Below are positions 1-13,706 of a stretch of 64,000 bases of DNA, in pieces. The position numbers were made by a program, and so were the translations under genes. The notes under the pieces were generated by a model. That model was not told the DNA's origin. It searched no databases and saw only the letters and a program-made list of their open reading frames with translations. Source of the stretch: a virus (taxonomy: Duplodnaviria > Caudoviricetes); IMG/VR virus record IMGVR_UViG_3300001335_000583, positions 14,362 to 78,361 of that record, one strand, 5' to 3'. Each line of letters opens with the position of its first letter. The stretch's first letter is position 1.

Positions 1-3000
1 GTCCCGAGGACAAGGTTAGTAACAGTTTTAATATCTAGGTACAGGACCTGGATACCTCTTTTGACTACCTGAGAATTTACTCTATACACAGGACTAGTCT
101 AGAGGCTACTCCCACTGTTTTAAAAGTGGTAGACTTGTTTATTGATGACGGAACTACTTCTTTATCCTACATGGATTCTGGTATTACAGGAAGCACTATA
201 GATCCTGCCCAGTTCCTCTTTATAGGAGGGGAAACTATTGTAGCAGGTACATTGACCCATAAAGATAACACCTTGTTTTTGGGTGATATTACTTTAAGCA
301 GGAAGACAGTACCATCTTCTGTAAGAGACGCTTTAGAGGGAGGAACTATCACCTGGTCTGTAAACAATCCTAACAGGGCTTTCGAGATACCTACCTCCAA
401 GAATTACTATTCTTATGATAATAGCCTGAACTCAGGACATGAGTTTATCAGTACTTTTAAATACCTGGACTGGTACAGGTTTGGGATACAGTTCCAGCAT
501 TACACGGGTAAATGGTCAGAAACCTTATGGGTTAATGATGACCAGAATACACGGCCTGTACGAACTGAACTGGTTGAAAATGTTCTTTATCCCGCACTCT
601 CTTAGATCAGGATAAAACTTACACAAGCTTCTTATACATTTAGTAACAATGCCCAGATAGAGCTTTTAGTGGAACAGGGTTACATTCGTGCAAGAGGGGT
701 TATCTGTTTCCCTACCCTCACAGACAGGGAAGTTGTGGCCCAGGGTGTACTGGCTCCAACCGTTTATAACGTGCAAGACAGGGCTGGTAACTCCCCCTTT
801 TCATAGTCTTCCTGGTTTTTCAGGCCTAATTCTCCTTTTGATTATACCGCGGCTATGGCTGGATCAGGAGACTGGGCTGATTGGTATAATCCATCAATAG
901 ACAGTATCAATTCAAAAGCAGGGATGTGGACTAACGATGTAGTCGTTCAGGGAGATCTTGTAAACGAGGGAGCCTGGGCAGAGTTTAGACACAACTATCC
1001 CATTCCTGATAACCACCAGAGAAATGCAGAGATTCAGTGTATAATGAATCCCCCGGACAATCCTTATACAGATGGGTTCACTGCCGCGGAGCTAACTCTT
1101 TACACTTCTTCTAACGCGGAGTATTTCTATGTGGATCAATCCATTGTAACATTCCATTCCCCTGATATAGAGTTTGATGACAGGGTCAGGGACTTAGCTA
1201 CTTCCAATCTAAAACTTCGTATTGTAGGGATGGCACCTTTTTCAGCCAATGCTTCAGATTTGGATATTATCACTTCTACCCAGCAGAACTCTTATGTAAA
1301 GCGTCCTCAGACTAAACCTATAGGCTTTTACAAGGAACTCATAGGAAGTCAAAATCTTTCTTAGTTTGGATGGAGAGGTATGCTTACAGGAGCTTTCTGG
1401 TTGGATGAACTCTCCAACTATAAATCTACAGGGATGAATGAAGATATGAATACTTTCGGATTCATGGTATATCCCTGGCATCGTAGTGGTTCCCTTAATA
1501 ACTACGGAGTACCTTTAGCAGATGCTACACGCAGTGCCATGCTGGATAAAAAGAAAATGTCTAACCTCAGGTATTCCTTTAATTCCTATTATTATTATGC
1601 TTCAGATGTATGGTATGCTTAGATTGATGATGTGGAACACTATGAATATTTAGAAAAAAGGGGTATATCTGGTGTAACTATTTTTGACTCTGACCAGGTG
1701 TCCATGATAAAGGTACCTGCTCCTCAAAACTCCCCTTTAAGTGATATTAATTATTACGGGAATGTAGATAAACTGGTTAATGTAGGTATGACCACTCCCG
1801 AGAAGAAACTAGGCTATCCCATTGTAACCACTGGTTTCTATAAGATAGAAGCTGATTCAGCGGGTGGCTACCATACTCTCTTTTCAGGAGATCCTATCTC
1901 CGTGGATAATGAAGCAAATCCTTTTGTCATTAGTGAATTGACTAATGATACTTACGGTACAGAACCTGTACACATGAAATACAAGTCAACAGCTCATGCC
2001 GTGATAGCTTTAAATTATACCATAAATGCTACCCAAGCCGGTAGTGCCCAAAGGGTACTTCCTACTGTTACAGAGATAGATGGGCATATTCTGCGGCATG
2101 CCAATCCTGTATAGTCACCTCCAACAGGTAATAGGCCCTTCTGGGATAAAGATACTCACGTAATTTCACAGGATGTCATATCTGCTCCTTACATTGTAGA
2201 GCCTCCTTCTATCTTGGGAGGAAGCAATGGTAGGTTAAGATATGGATTTCTCTGGCTGGCTGAATTATACAACGATACTATAACCAACAGGTTTGGCGGG
2301 TAGACCCAGGAAGCTTTTGAAAACAACTTGTGGTTACCTGGGGGAGAACCAGTAAGTCTATTAGATGAAGAGGGTTTTTCTAAATCTTCCATCACGGTGG
2401 ATTACACTTTGGGAGATACTTTTTACCAGAGGTATGATTGTCTTAAAACCTATCCTTTTACTTTAGAGGACACCAACAGCGTGGTAGACATCGCTTCTTT
2501 CATGTGTGAAACCAGGATTAATATGGATGGAAGGTATGACAGGAACAGGGGATAGATTAGTAACTTGGTCATGACTCCTGAGAATTTCAACAAGATGAAT
2601 CCTGTATACTCACAGTCTGATAACTTTTTTAATTACAAAACCCTGAACTACAACAGGTTTTCTTTGGATACTTTTCCCAATACAGTAACCTGGAGTAAGT
2701 CCAAAACTTCAGGAGATCTTATAGATACCTGGACCAACATCAACGTGGTGTCTGTACTAGACATGGATGGGGACAAGGGAAATGTAGTAGCTCTTAGAAG
2801 ATTTAACAACGAGATCTTTTGTTTCCAGGAGACAGGGGTAAGCAGGATTCTTTTTAACTCCAGGGTACAGGTTCCTACCTCAGATGGTACACCCATTGAA
2901 ATATCCAATAACTACAAGGTGGATGGAAAAATATACGTCTCGGAAGATATTGGATGCAAGAATAAATGGTCTATCGTGACTACCCAACAGGGGATCTATT

Positions 3001-3710
3001 TCATTGATAACAACACGGATTCTATTTATATTTTCAACGGGTAGAACATAGAGAATGTCTCGGATGCTTATGGGTTCAGAACTTTCCTGCAGGACAACAA
3101 TAGTGCGGAGGTATGGGATAGTTTCAACTTTGATAATTTTATCAGTTTCAAGGATAAAAAGAACAGGGATATTTACTTTATAAACAGTGAATACTGCCTG
3201 GGATATTCAGAAATTTTGAAACAGTTTACATCCTTTTACAGTTATGAAAAGGTTCCATTAATGTTTAATAATGGAAGCAGGTGGTTCTCTTTAAAGGATG
3301 GCAAGATCTGGGAACATGGGGCCGGGCATTACAATCTCTTCTATGATGAAATCAAACCCTATTCTATCACCCTGATTGCCAATCCTGACATAGATAAGGA
3401 TAAAACATTCAGCACGGTATAGTTTAAAGCTGATAGCTACATGGGAGACACCTACCTACCTAATGAAACTTTCAACCATTTCTCTATATGGAATGAGTAT
3501 CAGGAAGGGTCAGTAGACTTAAACACACGAAGGGGTTATCCTTCCAGCCTGAAAAAGAAGTTTAGGTATTGGAATATCAACATACCCAGGGATAGAGCCA
3601 ACTTCAGGGACAGGATTAGAAATCCCTGGGCTTTTATAAAGTTGGAGAATACAGACCCGGGAGTATATAAAACACAGTTACACGACGTGGTTTTACAGTA
3701 TTTTATTTAA
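1..3710 (+). CDS. Tail stabilisation / muzzle-like virion protein (5'-truncated; in-frame TAG read as Gln)
   Basis: Track ORFs 126-605, 855-1364, 1380-1622, 1632-2114, 2328-2555, 2565-3044, 3216-3422 and 3441-3710 share one frame, and all but the last end in TAG. The frame is open from nt 3 to TAA at 3708-3710. crAss-type motifs: FDYLRIYSIHRTS, SPFS(TAG)SSWFFRP, RYDRNRG(TAG)ISNL, KKKFRYWNINIPRD, DRIRNPW. Confidence 0.85.
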
Positions 3711-3713
3711 TTC

Positions 3714-3751
3714 GTTAGGGTGAGTAAGTACTTTTATCTGCTCACCCTAAC
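3714..3751 (+). terminator. Hairpin after the stabilisation gene
   Basis: Inverted repeat GTTAGGGTGAG (3714-3724) / CTCACCCTAAC (3741-3751); weak U-tract. Confidence 0.55.
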
Positions 3752-3790
3752 TGATTTATATAATCCATTGTAAATGTAATTAATATTACA

Positions 3791-3798
3791 TATTTTTG
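3791..3798 (+). promoter_or_regulatory. Possible Bacteroidota -7 promoter element
   Basis: TATTTTTG matches TAnnTTTG about 20 nt upstream of ATG 3820; no clean -33 TTTG. Confidence 0.35.
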
Positions 3799-3819
3799 AT
3801 ACTAAATACTTAATTGGCT

Positions 3820-5685
3820 ATGACAAATAAAAAAGTTAAGAGAAGGAGTAAAGTTCCTTTTAATATATATGCCGGAGGAGGTTGGGCTGGCTTGACTGGT
3901 GCTCAAAAAGGAGGTGTTATTTCCGGAGGTATAGGAGTAGTAACCAATGCCTTGAAACAGGCTTAGATTGCAGACACTACCGGCATTGAGAGCAGTATAT
4001 CCCAGCAAAACAATTCTGTAGTAGAGGCAAACAGTAATGAATCTCTTTTAGACGAATGGGCAAACTATTCTAATCTGGATAGAGTCAAAGAGAAAGATCT
4101 GAGAATGGGAAGTGTAGGAGGAGGAATGCTTTCAGGTGCTGGGACAGGGGCTGCAGCTGGAGCTGCATTAGGCCCTATAGGAGCACTTGCAGGTGCAGGG
4201 ATTGGAGCGGCTGTTTCTGGCATAGGCAGTCTTATTGGGAGAAAAAGGGCTAATAATAAAGCACAAGATCTTAATAAAGATGTAGAAGCAGCCAATTTAA
4301 GGAGATTATCTGGGTTTCAAAATAAGGCTATGGGTATTGACAAGATGAATGATTAGAATCTCATGGCTGGTTATTTTGTAGAAGGGGGAGATTTAAATAA
4401 TGGAGTTTCCTTCATTGATGAAGGAGGTACACATGAACAGAATCCTTTACGGGGAGTACCTATGGGTATGGGAGAAAATGGTAAACCCAACCTGGTAGAA
4501 GAGGGTGAAGTAAAATTCAAAGACTACATTTTTAGCAATAGATTATATGCAGATAAAGAGACTTTAGAGGCTACGGGCCTGGGCAATAAATATGCTAATC
4601 ATAGTTTTGCTAAAATAGCAGAGAGCCTTTCCAAAGAATCCAGAGAAAGACCCAATGACCCCATCAGTAAAAGAGGTCTTTTGGACAATATGACTAAATT
4701 AACCCAAGTACAAGAACAGTATAAGATGAAGACAAACAAGAACAATAAATCCAACCAGTTTGCCTGGGGAGACATGCTCCCAATGAGAAGTATAGATGGT
4801 AAAGTACCTGGATATCCTGATTATATGGGAGGAGTAGTAGGAGGCTTTGCATGGCCTGGATATGGGGATAAAACTCCCAACTTAACTTCTATGAATACGG
4901 AATTAGATACTACCTTAGATACAAATAAGCTCAATGCTAAGGTAGAAGATAATGAGCAGTATGTTGAAGGTAATAGCTCTTCTGGATAGGGGCTCAATGC
5001 AAGTATGTTAAGATACGCCCCTGTTGTAGGTTCTGGTATAGGAGTCCTTACAGATATATTCGGAGTAACTAATAAACCAGATTATAGAAATGCTGATATG
5101 GCTTTGGGATCTTATAAGCCTGTATCAGCTCAACCTTTGGGAGATTACATGTCTTACAATCCTTTAGACAGGGATTATTATACGAACAAACTCAACAAGC
5201 AATCTGCATCTACAAGAGACACTATCATCAATACCTCCGGGGGAAACAGGGCTACTGCCATGGCTGGATTACTTTCTGCAGACAGGAATAGTCAGGATGC
5301 TATGGGAGATCTGTTCAGAAGGGCAGAAGAGTTTAATTTAGGGTAGAAGGAAAAGGTAAAAACCTTTAACAGGGGAACCAACCAGTATAACTCCGAGAGT
5401 GCTTTAAGGGCAGACTCTATTAACAACCAGATGAGAATGGATGCGAGCAGGACTTCTGCTACGCTGAGAGACAGGGAAAAAGAGAGAACTGATTCAGCCA
5501 GGTCTGTTAATCTGACCAACTTCTTTGATAACCTGGGAGGTATAGGAAAAGAATCAGCCACCAAAGAGATGATTAACTCTAATCCTGCCTATTACTACGA
5601 GTGGATTCGTAATAAAATGGGATACAAAGGGGAGGGTGAAAATCAGGCCTACGGAGGTAATTTAAAAACTAAAAAAAGACGTTGA
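3820..5685 (+). CDS. Virion cargo/ejected-type protein with Gly/Ala-rich hydrophobic segment (TAG read-through, 621 aa)
   Basis: ATG 3820 is in frame with track ORFs 4105, 4363, 5005 and 5431, joined across TAGs and ending at TGA 5683-5685. crAss motifs DEGGTHEQNP..GV..G..LVEEGE and MLRYAPVVGS. Confidence 0.75.
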
Positions 5686-5686
5686 T

Positions 5687-7417
5687 ATGGCTACAGTGAT
5701 AGGAAGTAAATTTCAACCATTTACATATCAGGAGTTACTGGCTCCTGTAGAAACAGCTACTACAGCTCACATGGATCTGGAGAATCAATTTGGACAGGTC
5801 CAGGCAGAATCAGGATTGCTTGAAAATTTAATTAATCCTGAAAGAGACGTCTATGCTTCTTAGTTGTATTCTAATTACAATAAAGATCTGCACGATCGAA
5901 TAAATATTTTATCCAAGGAGGGTCTTAATCCTACCAGTAGGAAACAATTAATGGAGATGAAAGGGAGGTATTCCAAGGAGATTGTACCTATTCAAAGTGC
6001 TTACCAGAGAAGACAGGATATACTGAAACAACAGGAAGATTAGTTCAAAAAAGATCCTACTACTCTATTAGATAAAAGAGCAGAAGACTTTAGTTTAGAT
6101 GAGTTAATCAAGAATCCTAATTCTACTTATAGTGCTTATTCAGGAGCAGTTTTAACCCAACAAGTAGCACAGGGAGCAAAGCAACTGGCTACTTAGATGC
6201 GTAATAATCCTACCAAATGGGAGAGTATTTTAGGGGGACAGTATTTTCAAGCCATTAAACAGAGGGGGTTCAGGCCTCAGGATATAGTACAGGCTTTAGC
6301 CAGTAATCCTGATGCAGCCCCTGAATTGACTGGTCTGGTAGAACAAACTATAGAGAGTTCTGGAATAAAGAATTGGGGAGATGAGAATACTATACAAAGA
6401 GCCTACGAGTTTGCTCAACAAGGATTGTGGGAAGCTGTGGGAGAAGAAAAAGATGATATACTCCAAGACAGAGGTTATGTGAGTCCCTATGATTTATGGA
6501 AAGCAAATAAAGGCGAGGAACCTGCAGAGATGGACTTGCCTTTTACCTTAATCCCGTAGACAACTGTGGATAAAGATGCTATTAAAGGGTTAGATCCGTA
6601 GAAACTGGAATAGGACATGGCTTTTGTAGATAAAATTATGAGTCGCCCTGAGTTTTTAAATACAGAAGGAAACTTTTCAGAAACTGATCCTGATGATCCT
6701 ACCTTTCAAATCCTGGAAGGAACAAAACCTGTTTCTTATGGTTAGGATGATCCTACTATAGCTCGCAGAGAAAAGGAGTGGGAGAAACAAAGGAAAGATT
6801 TCTTTATAGGACAGGATATGCCTAATAAAGAAAACACCCAGGTACATTCTGAACATTTAAGACAATTGATGGGATAGTACGGAGTGAATAACCCATCCGA
6901 ATTAAGAGATGCTATTATGGATATGTCGCAAAGAGGGGCTTATGTACAGAGTCATTATCAGTTTGAAAAGACTGACAATGAGCTGGCCTATGATAAACTT
7001 TTAGATAGGATAAATAGCTATGGAGCAGTAAATGGTAACACTGGAGTATTTAAAGTCAGGAAAGATGGTAGTAGGGAAAGAAAGTCCTTAAATCAAAAAG
7101 ATGTAGAAGAACTATTCACTGCAAAAGAAAATGGCAGGCTTACTATACTTCACAATACTAATACCAACAGGTATGAATTTGTAAGGGATGGCAGTACTTA
7201 TTCTTTCGATGTTAATGTAGTAGACCCCAGTGGAACTATCAATCAAAGATTACAAGTAGATAAAGATTTATCAAGGCTTATGGAAGAGAATAAAAACAAT
7301 CTGCCTGCATACAGGCAACTATCTGCCTTATATACAAACAATGCTTTACAGATGAATAAACTCTTTGGTTCACTGTTAAATGACTTTTCTAAAAAACAAG
7401 GAATTTCAGGAGAATAA
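5687..7417 (+). CDS. Conserved crAss-like virion/cargo protein (TAG read-through, 576 aa)
   Basis: Starts MATVIGSKFQPFTYQELLAP; I read the frame through the gaps and found only TAG interruptions; ends TAA 7415-7417. Confidence 0.75.
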
Positions 7418-7419
7418 TT

Positions 7420-10400
7420 ATGACAAACGAAAATAAAATAGCAGATCCTTCAAAAGAAGGAATAGGGGGGATTCGAGGTTTAAAGGTAGATAAAACCCAG
7501 CAAACTATAGATAGTATCGCGAATAAACTTCTTTAGCTGAACTTACCAAATGAAGCTGCTTTTAAAAACTTTAAAGAGGCTTCTATTTTAAATACTCCTA
7601 ACAAGAGGTATGTAGGAACCCCCGGATTAGGAGAAAGTGGGTTAGACTATGATATAACTCAGGAACAACAACTTCTTAATTTAGATAATACCCGTGGAGA
7701 ATTACAACCCTGGTACACACAAATTAGAAATGGTGTGGCTAAAGGGGCTGTACTGGCAGGGACTACTTTTGCAGATGGTTTCGGGGGTACTCTTATGGGA
7801 GCTTTAAATGTGCTGGGAAATATGGATGAAATTGCTCAAAGTGATAATTCCCTGAGGGAATTAGGTGATCAGTTCATAAACAATCCTTTTAGTACAACTA
7901 TGCAGGCCATCAATGATAAAGCTGAAGAGTTGTTGCCAAATTATTATACAGAGGCAGAGCAAACTTAGCCCTGGTGGAACCATGTATTTACTTCTAACTT
8001 TTTGGGAGATAAGTTCCTTAAAAACTTCGGGTTTGTAGTAGGGGCTGCTTACAGTGCCAAGGCTACAGCAGGGCTTGCAGCCAAAGCCATGAACCTTAAA
8101 AATGTTAGAAATGCTTTTAAAGGAGCTGTCACAACTGCTTCAGGGAGATTATTAAACAGTGGGGATGAAATCTACCAAGCCTATAGATCCGGAGATGCCT
8201 TTATTGACGGTGCCAAGCTTATGGATGATATGGGCAAAGCTGCAAAGAAGTTAAAAAATGCAGAGTGGGGACTTAAAACGATAGGATCTGTCAATGCAGC
8301 TATGGGAGAAGGCAGGATTGAAGCTATTGGTAATTCCAAAGAATGGTCTGAACTACAACATGCTCACGCGGAGGATAAGTTAAAAACAGATATAGACAGT
8401 CTTGAATCTCAACTTTATCAGGAACATCCAGAGTGGTTTCAGACTGTGGTAACACCTGAAGGAGATGTAGATGTGAGGTTAAATCACCCGGAAGGAGTGG
8501 CTGAATGGGAAAGAAGAAAAAGTGAAGTAGAGACAAATCATAACAAGACTTTAGAGGAGATCTCCAAGCAAAGAGCTTCTATGGCTAACTCTATGTTTCT
8601 GATGAACACGGGGCTTCTTTCTGCAAGTAACATGTGGCAGTTTGGAAGGTTTATTTCGGGTGGATATAACTCAGGCAGGATAGCTAAAAACCTGGTTACA
8701 GGTTCTTTAAAAGATGGCTACAAAGCTTCTGGCAAAGAGGCTAATAAAGCCTTGTTAAAAGCTGTATCCAATCCTTTTATGGAAGCACAGGAGGAGATGT
8801 CCCAGGCTTTAATTTCAGAAGCTACAGGGATGAAATCAGCTGCTGCAGTTAATAGTTTTCATGGAGCCAAGATTGATCCAGAAGCAGAAGAAGAAACTAT
8901 AGGATGGTTAAATGCTTTAAAGGATGGTTTTTCCAATACTTACGGGGATGTTCATGCCTGGGAAGAGGGTTTACTGGGATTTTTAACAGGCTCCATAGGT
9001 ATGCCTGGTGTTAAGACCAAGACTAATGCACAGGGAAAACAGGGTAAAGCCCTGACACTCCAGGGAGAGCTTTGGGACAATCTAAAAGAGTCCAAACAAC
9101 TCAGGGAAGAGGCTAAAACAGTAGCAGAGGCTCTGAATGAAAGAGTACAGTCTCCCGAATTTGTCAACTACTACCAGGGTATGATACGACACAATAAGTA
9201 TCAGAAAGATATGGATAAGTTCCTGGAAGAAGGAAACAACTTCGAGTTTAAAAACTCCCAGCACTCCCAGATGCTTTCTGATATCGTGATGTTTGAAAAG
9301 GCAGGAAGGATAGAAGATTTATATGATATTATACAGGAAGCGGGCAGTGTCACCAATGAAGATGCTTAGCAGATCAGGGAACAGGCTGTAGTTAAAGGTA
9401 TAAACAAAGAGATCTTTGCAGATAAAACAGACGAGCAGGTTATTGACCATGTAAAGAAACAGGCCGAAGAGTTGAAGGAGAAAGTAGAGCTTTATCAAAA
9501 GGTCTCTTCTGATTTAAAAAGCGTGTATGGGGAAGATCTTTCTGAAGAGTTTCTGGAAGAGATGACCTGGATGACTACCCAGCAACAGGATTGGGAAAAG
9601 AGGTTTAAATCCCTTTATGAAGATGTCAGTAAAGATCTGGATGATGTCATTATTAAGAATAAGAATCTTAAAATAGGAAGATTAAACTCCCTCAGTCCCA
9701 AGCAACTGCTGGATAATATGGCCAGGGAAGATGTTTTGAAAGTCCTGGATGGGGAGAGAATACGTCTTGAACAAGACAAGGATAAATCTGTTCGGAACAG
9801 ACAACTCTATCAAAACCTGGAAGATATGGTCAATATCTTTCAAGCCAGGGGTCAGATGATTGATAAGTTTCAACAACTATCCAAGAATCCAGGGGTGTTT
9901 ACCCAACAAACTCAGGACAGGATAAAGCAGATTATTGAGCAAAAAGCCCAGGAATAGATTGATAACACCGCGTCTACTTTGGAAGGAGTTACCACTGTTG
10001 CAGAGGTAAGGAATGGACTGAGAGATCTTGATGAGAAGGTCCGGGTAAAAGTAGTGGATAAGTTAAAAAAGAGTGAGAACCCCAACCTGGCTACTGTGTT
10101 TAAAAACTATGAGGATCTGGAGACAATGCAGTCTGGTGTAGAGGACTATGTTTTAAGAACAGAGGGGTCTCAGGGATTAGAAGATGCCAAAGAGGTTCTG
10201 GACCAAGCTATCGGGACTAATGAGTCTGTAGAAGACGTACAAGCTGCAGTACAAGCAACAATCAAACAGTACCAGGAAGTTATATCTCAAGAGAAGAAAA
10301 AGGGTGCAGATAGTACAGAGATGAAAAGAGATGTAATCTGGATGGAAGAGTCTGTACAACATCTCACTACCATGCTGGAAAGATACAAACGGAACATCCA

Positions 10401-13400
10401 GTCTGAAAGTGTGAATAAGCCAGATCCTACTCCCTCCTCTCAACAGCCTAAAAACAGGGGAGAAGAGTAGAAGTAGAGTGACTCTGAAGCACCCAGCCTA
10501 TTTTCTCAATTTGCAGAAGATGAAGGGGAACCTGGAAAAGAAGCTTGGGAAAAAGAGGAAAAACCTTTGGTTTCTACTCCTGCAGAGACAGACCCTGTAT
10601 TAGCTCCTTTTATACAGGCAAAATCAGAAGAACTGGAAAAAATAGCTGCTGGAAAGAATATTCCGGAAGAGTTATCTGATAAAAAGCCTACAGAAGATTT
10701 AAATAAACAGAGAGAAGAGATTGAGAGAAAGAGAAAAGAGGAATTAAACAGCATTATTGTTAATACAAATAACGAGGGAAAAACTAAATCATTATCTGAA
10801 TTTAATGATGGAGATTATATTGTAAATACAGACAATGGTAAAGAGTATGAAGTTATTAACAAAAGTAATACAAAGGTAAAACTTAGACCAATTGATACAA
10901 ATTTTCAGGAAATACATGATTCTGATGGGGGGAATTTTATTTTAAAACCTATAAATACAGATAAAGAACAAGCTGAGAAAATCAACGAGAAGTATGATTT
11001 AGAATTAGCAGAGCTGAATAAAGTAAGCAAAACTACAGAAGCTCCAAATGCAGAGTAGAGGAGTTATCAGGAAATAGCAAAAAGAACTTTGCAATCAAGG
11101 CAGGCTCCACCTGTGGCAGAAAGCAGTGAACAACCTGATTTGAAACCTATCGAAGATGCCCAGAAACAAGCAGTAGAAGGTCTTAGAAGTTTTATTGCCA
11201 CCAAGTATGACTATAATCTTCTGAAAGACCCTGCTTTAAGGCAAAAAAGCAAGTACCAGATTCAGGACAAACAGACAGGAGAGTGGATAACTCCCCCCAA
11301 CGTGAAGTTTGTAGATGATCTGGGAGCCTTTGATTTTGTAGATGATGGACGTTTGGAAAAAGTTGTTTCTCAAAATCCCCAGACTGCCATAAAATACGTG
11401 GTTACTAACGATGAAAACTTCAGGGATAACACTGGGAATCCTCATGTACTTTTAGCCATAGAGGTAACTGAAGATATGAAGAAATCCGGGGAGATTGCTT
11501 TCCAGATTTTTGAAGGATCTGATGGTAAACAGTACCAGGCTGTAGGGGCATTATGGCCTCAAAAGACTGAAGACAATGACTTTGTACCTGAATCTGTAGC
11601 ACAGTACAATATTATTAAGAAGAAGTTACAGAAAGAGTATAACCAGACGGAAGGGGCTCCTAAATTCTACGTGTCTCCCTCTTTTAATAATCAGGTGAAA
11701 CATATTTACAGTGGCAGGATGGTTAATTCCCAGGAAGGGGAGATGCCTGCAGAGAAACCTTTGAAAGAGTTGGTTAAGGATTCAAATGCTCCTTTACACC
11801 TGGGATTCTATTACAGTCCTGTCAACTTCAAAACTCCTACATTGGGAGAAAATGCTAAAGTTGCATAGCCTAATATGAATAATTCCAACCCCAGGGAAGG
11901 CTCTGTATGGATTATGACCCAGGGAGCAGATGGGGTGTATTATCCCAAAGCTTTAACAGTTAAGAGGTTTAATGCAGATGAATTTGACTTGAAGCAAAAA
12001 GCTGATTCTCCTATAGTTCAAGAGTTGCTTCAACACTTGGAAATCCTGAGTGACCCAACCAAAGGAAAGTATGAGAGATCCTTGGCTAAATTTGCTATTG
12101 AAGACATCCTTCATTTTGATAAAGAGGGAACCAGACTATTATTTGTAGAAGGTTCTGATGTAGTATCCCTTTCAGGAATGGAGAATAATATAGGACAAGG
12201 CCTTGATCCCAAGCAAAAAGCTCAGGTGCTTTTAGGCAAACTGCATGATCTGAATCTGAGGTTTCAGATACAACCCTCCAGGATTACAGAGTCCAGGTAC
12301 AAACAACAGTTACTTGATTCTGATATACTTACCACCAACCTGGCTCAACTGCAAAATGTAAATGCCAGCTTTGATATGTATTACCATAATGCCGATGGTA
12401 CTCCTGTTATTACACAAAAGGAGACTACCACAGGGCACAGGGGTAAAACAGGTATCCAGTCTCATTTAAATAAACAGGCTGTATTGTTCGAGGGGAAACA
12501 GTATCATATTACAGAAGGGGGCCAGGTAGTCCGGGGAGATAAAGAAATAACTGACTCTGCTTTAAAAGAGTATATCCTATTTATGTCCAGGTTGCAGGCT
12601 ATTGATTCTGAGCAAAAACCCAACCCGGATTATACACACAAGGGAATAAGTTTGTATCTTTATACCAACGCCAAAGGGGAAGAAATAGGAGTTGTTTCTG
12701 ATGGAGGAACTCTTAACTCTAAACCTCTCAAAGGCCAAAAGTTACAAGAAAAGAAAGCAACTATGAAGAAACAAACGGAACAAACAGAGAAAGAAATCAC
12801 CCTGAGTGCCAAAGCTAACACGGAAGGACAAAGTTTATTTGAACTTTTAGGATTATCTATTGAAAATGATAATAATGAAAGGAGCAGACAAGACATTCAT
12901 GATGACTCTGTTTTACATGGAGCAGTAAACGGTTTTAATGTTAAGAAGTCTGAAAAATCTTATGAAACTGCTGTTGACCTGAGAGGTGAGCGTTATAGGG
13001 GTAAAGTACCTCTTGATAAGGAGGGGCAACATTTCCAATTTAAGGAAGATGTAGAAGGAGGATCAATATACCATGCTGGGGTAACATTGTATGATAGGCA
13101 ACGTGGTGCTGGAATGGGATATGTAGCATATAGTGTAAAGGTTGGAAATGATTCTAACCTGACAGATGCCCAGATATATGATATATTAAATAATAATTTA
13201 ACAACTGCCATAAGTGGTATGACAGATTCTAAAGGGCAGATGAGAACCGATGCATCATTAAAATCTATTGAAAAAAGTAAAGTGTTATCCCCGAAAGAAA
13301 GCACTGCTCAAGAAGAGACAGAAGGCAGCTTATTTTCAAGTATTCCAGAGGAGTCTTCTGCAGAAGAGGCACAGACTCCAGTACTGCAGACACCTTCTAA

Positions 13401-13653
13401 AACTCCTAAGGCAGAGGAGAAGTCCAGGGAAGAGTTAAACAAGGCAAAGAATCAGGTAACTTTCCGTTCACTTATGTTTTCTTCTCCAGCTAATAAGGCT
13501 AAGGTGCAAGAAGCTATGAGTAAGGTAGGGGGAGGTTTACCGGGGTTAATAGCCTTTATTAATAATCCTGCTAACAGTTTACCCAGTGTAGAGAGTATAA
13601 ATAGTCAGGAAGCTTTTGACAGTTTGTTAAACACCATTATAGACTGTAGATAA
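7420..13653 (+). CDS. Giant virion (cargo / RNAP-associated) protein (TAG read-through, 2077 aa)
   Basis: Track ORFs 7735, 8002, 9472, 9979, 10567, 11089 and 11875 are in frame with ATG 7420 and separated by TAGs; ends TAA 13651-13653. Motifs RGELQPWY..I.NGVAKG and (TAG)PWWNHVFTSNFLGDKFLKNFGF. Confidence 0.8.
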
Positions 13654-13665
13654 GCCAAACAGATA

Positions 13666-13706
13666 AAAAAAATAAGGGGAGTGATTAATTTCACTCCCCT
13701 TTTTTA
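13666..13706. terminator. Bidirectional intrinsic terminator
   Basis: AAGGGGAGTGA-TTAATT-TCACTCCCCTT, with an A-tract on the left and a T-tract on the right, between convergent giant genes. Confidence 0.85.
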
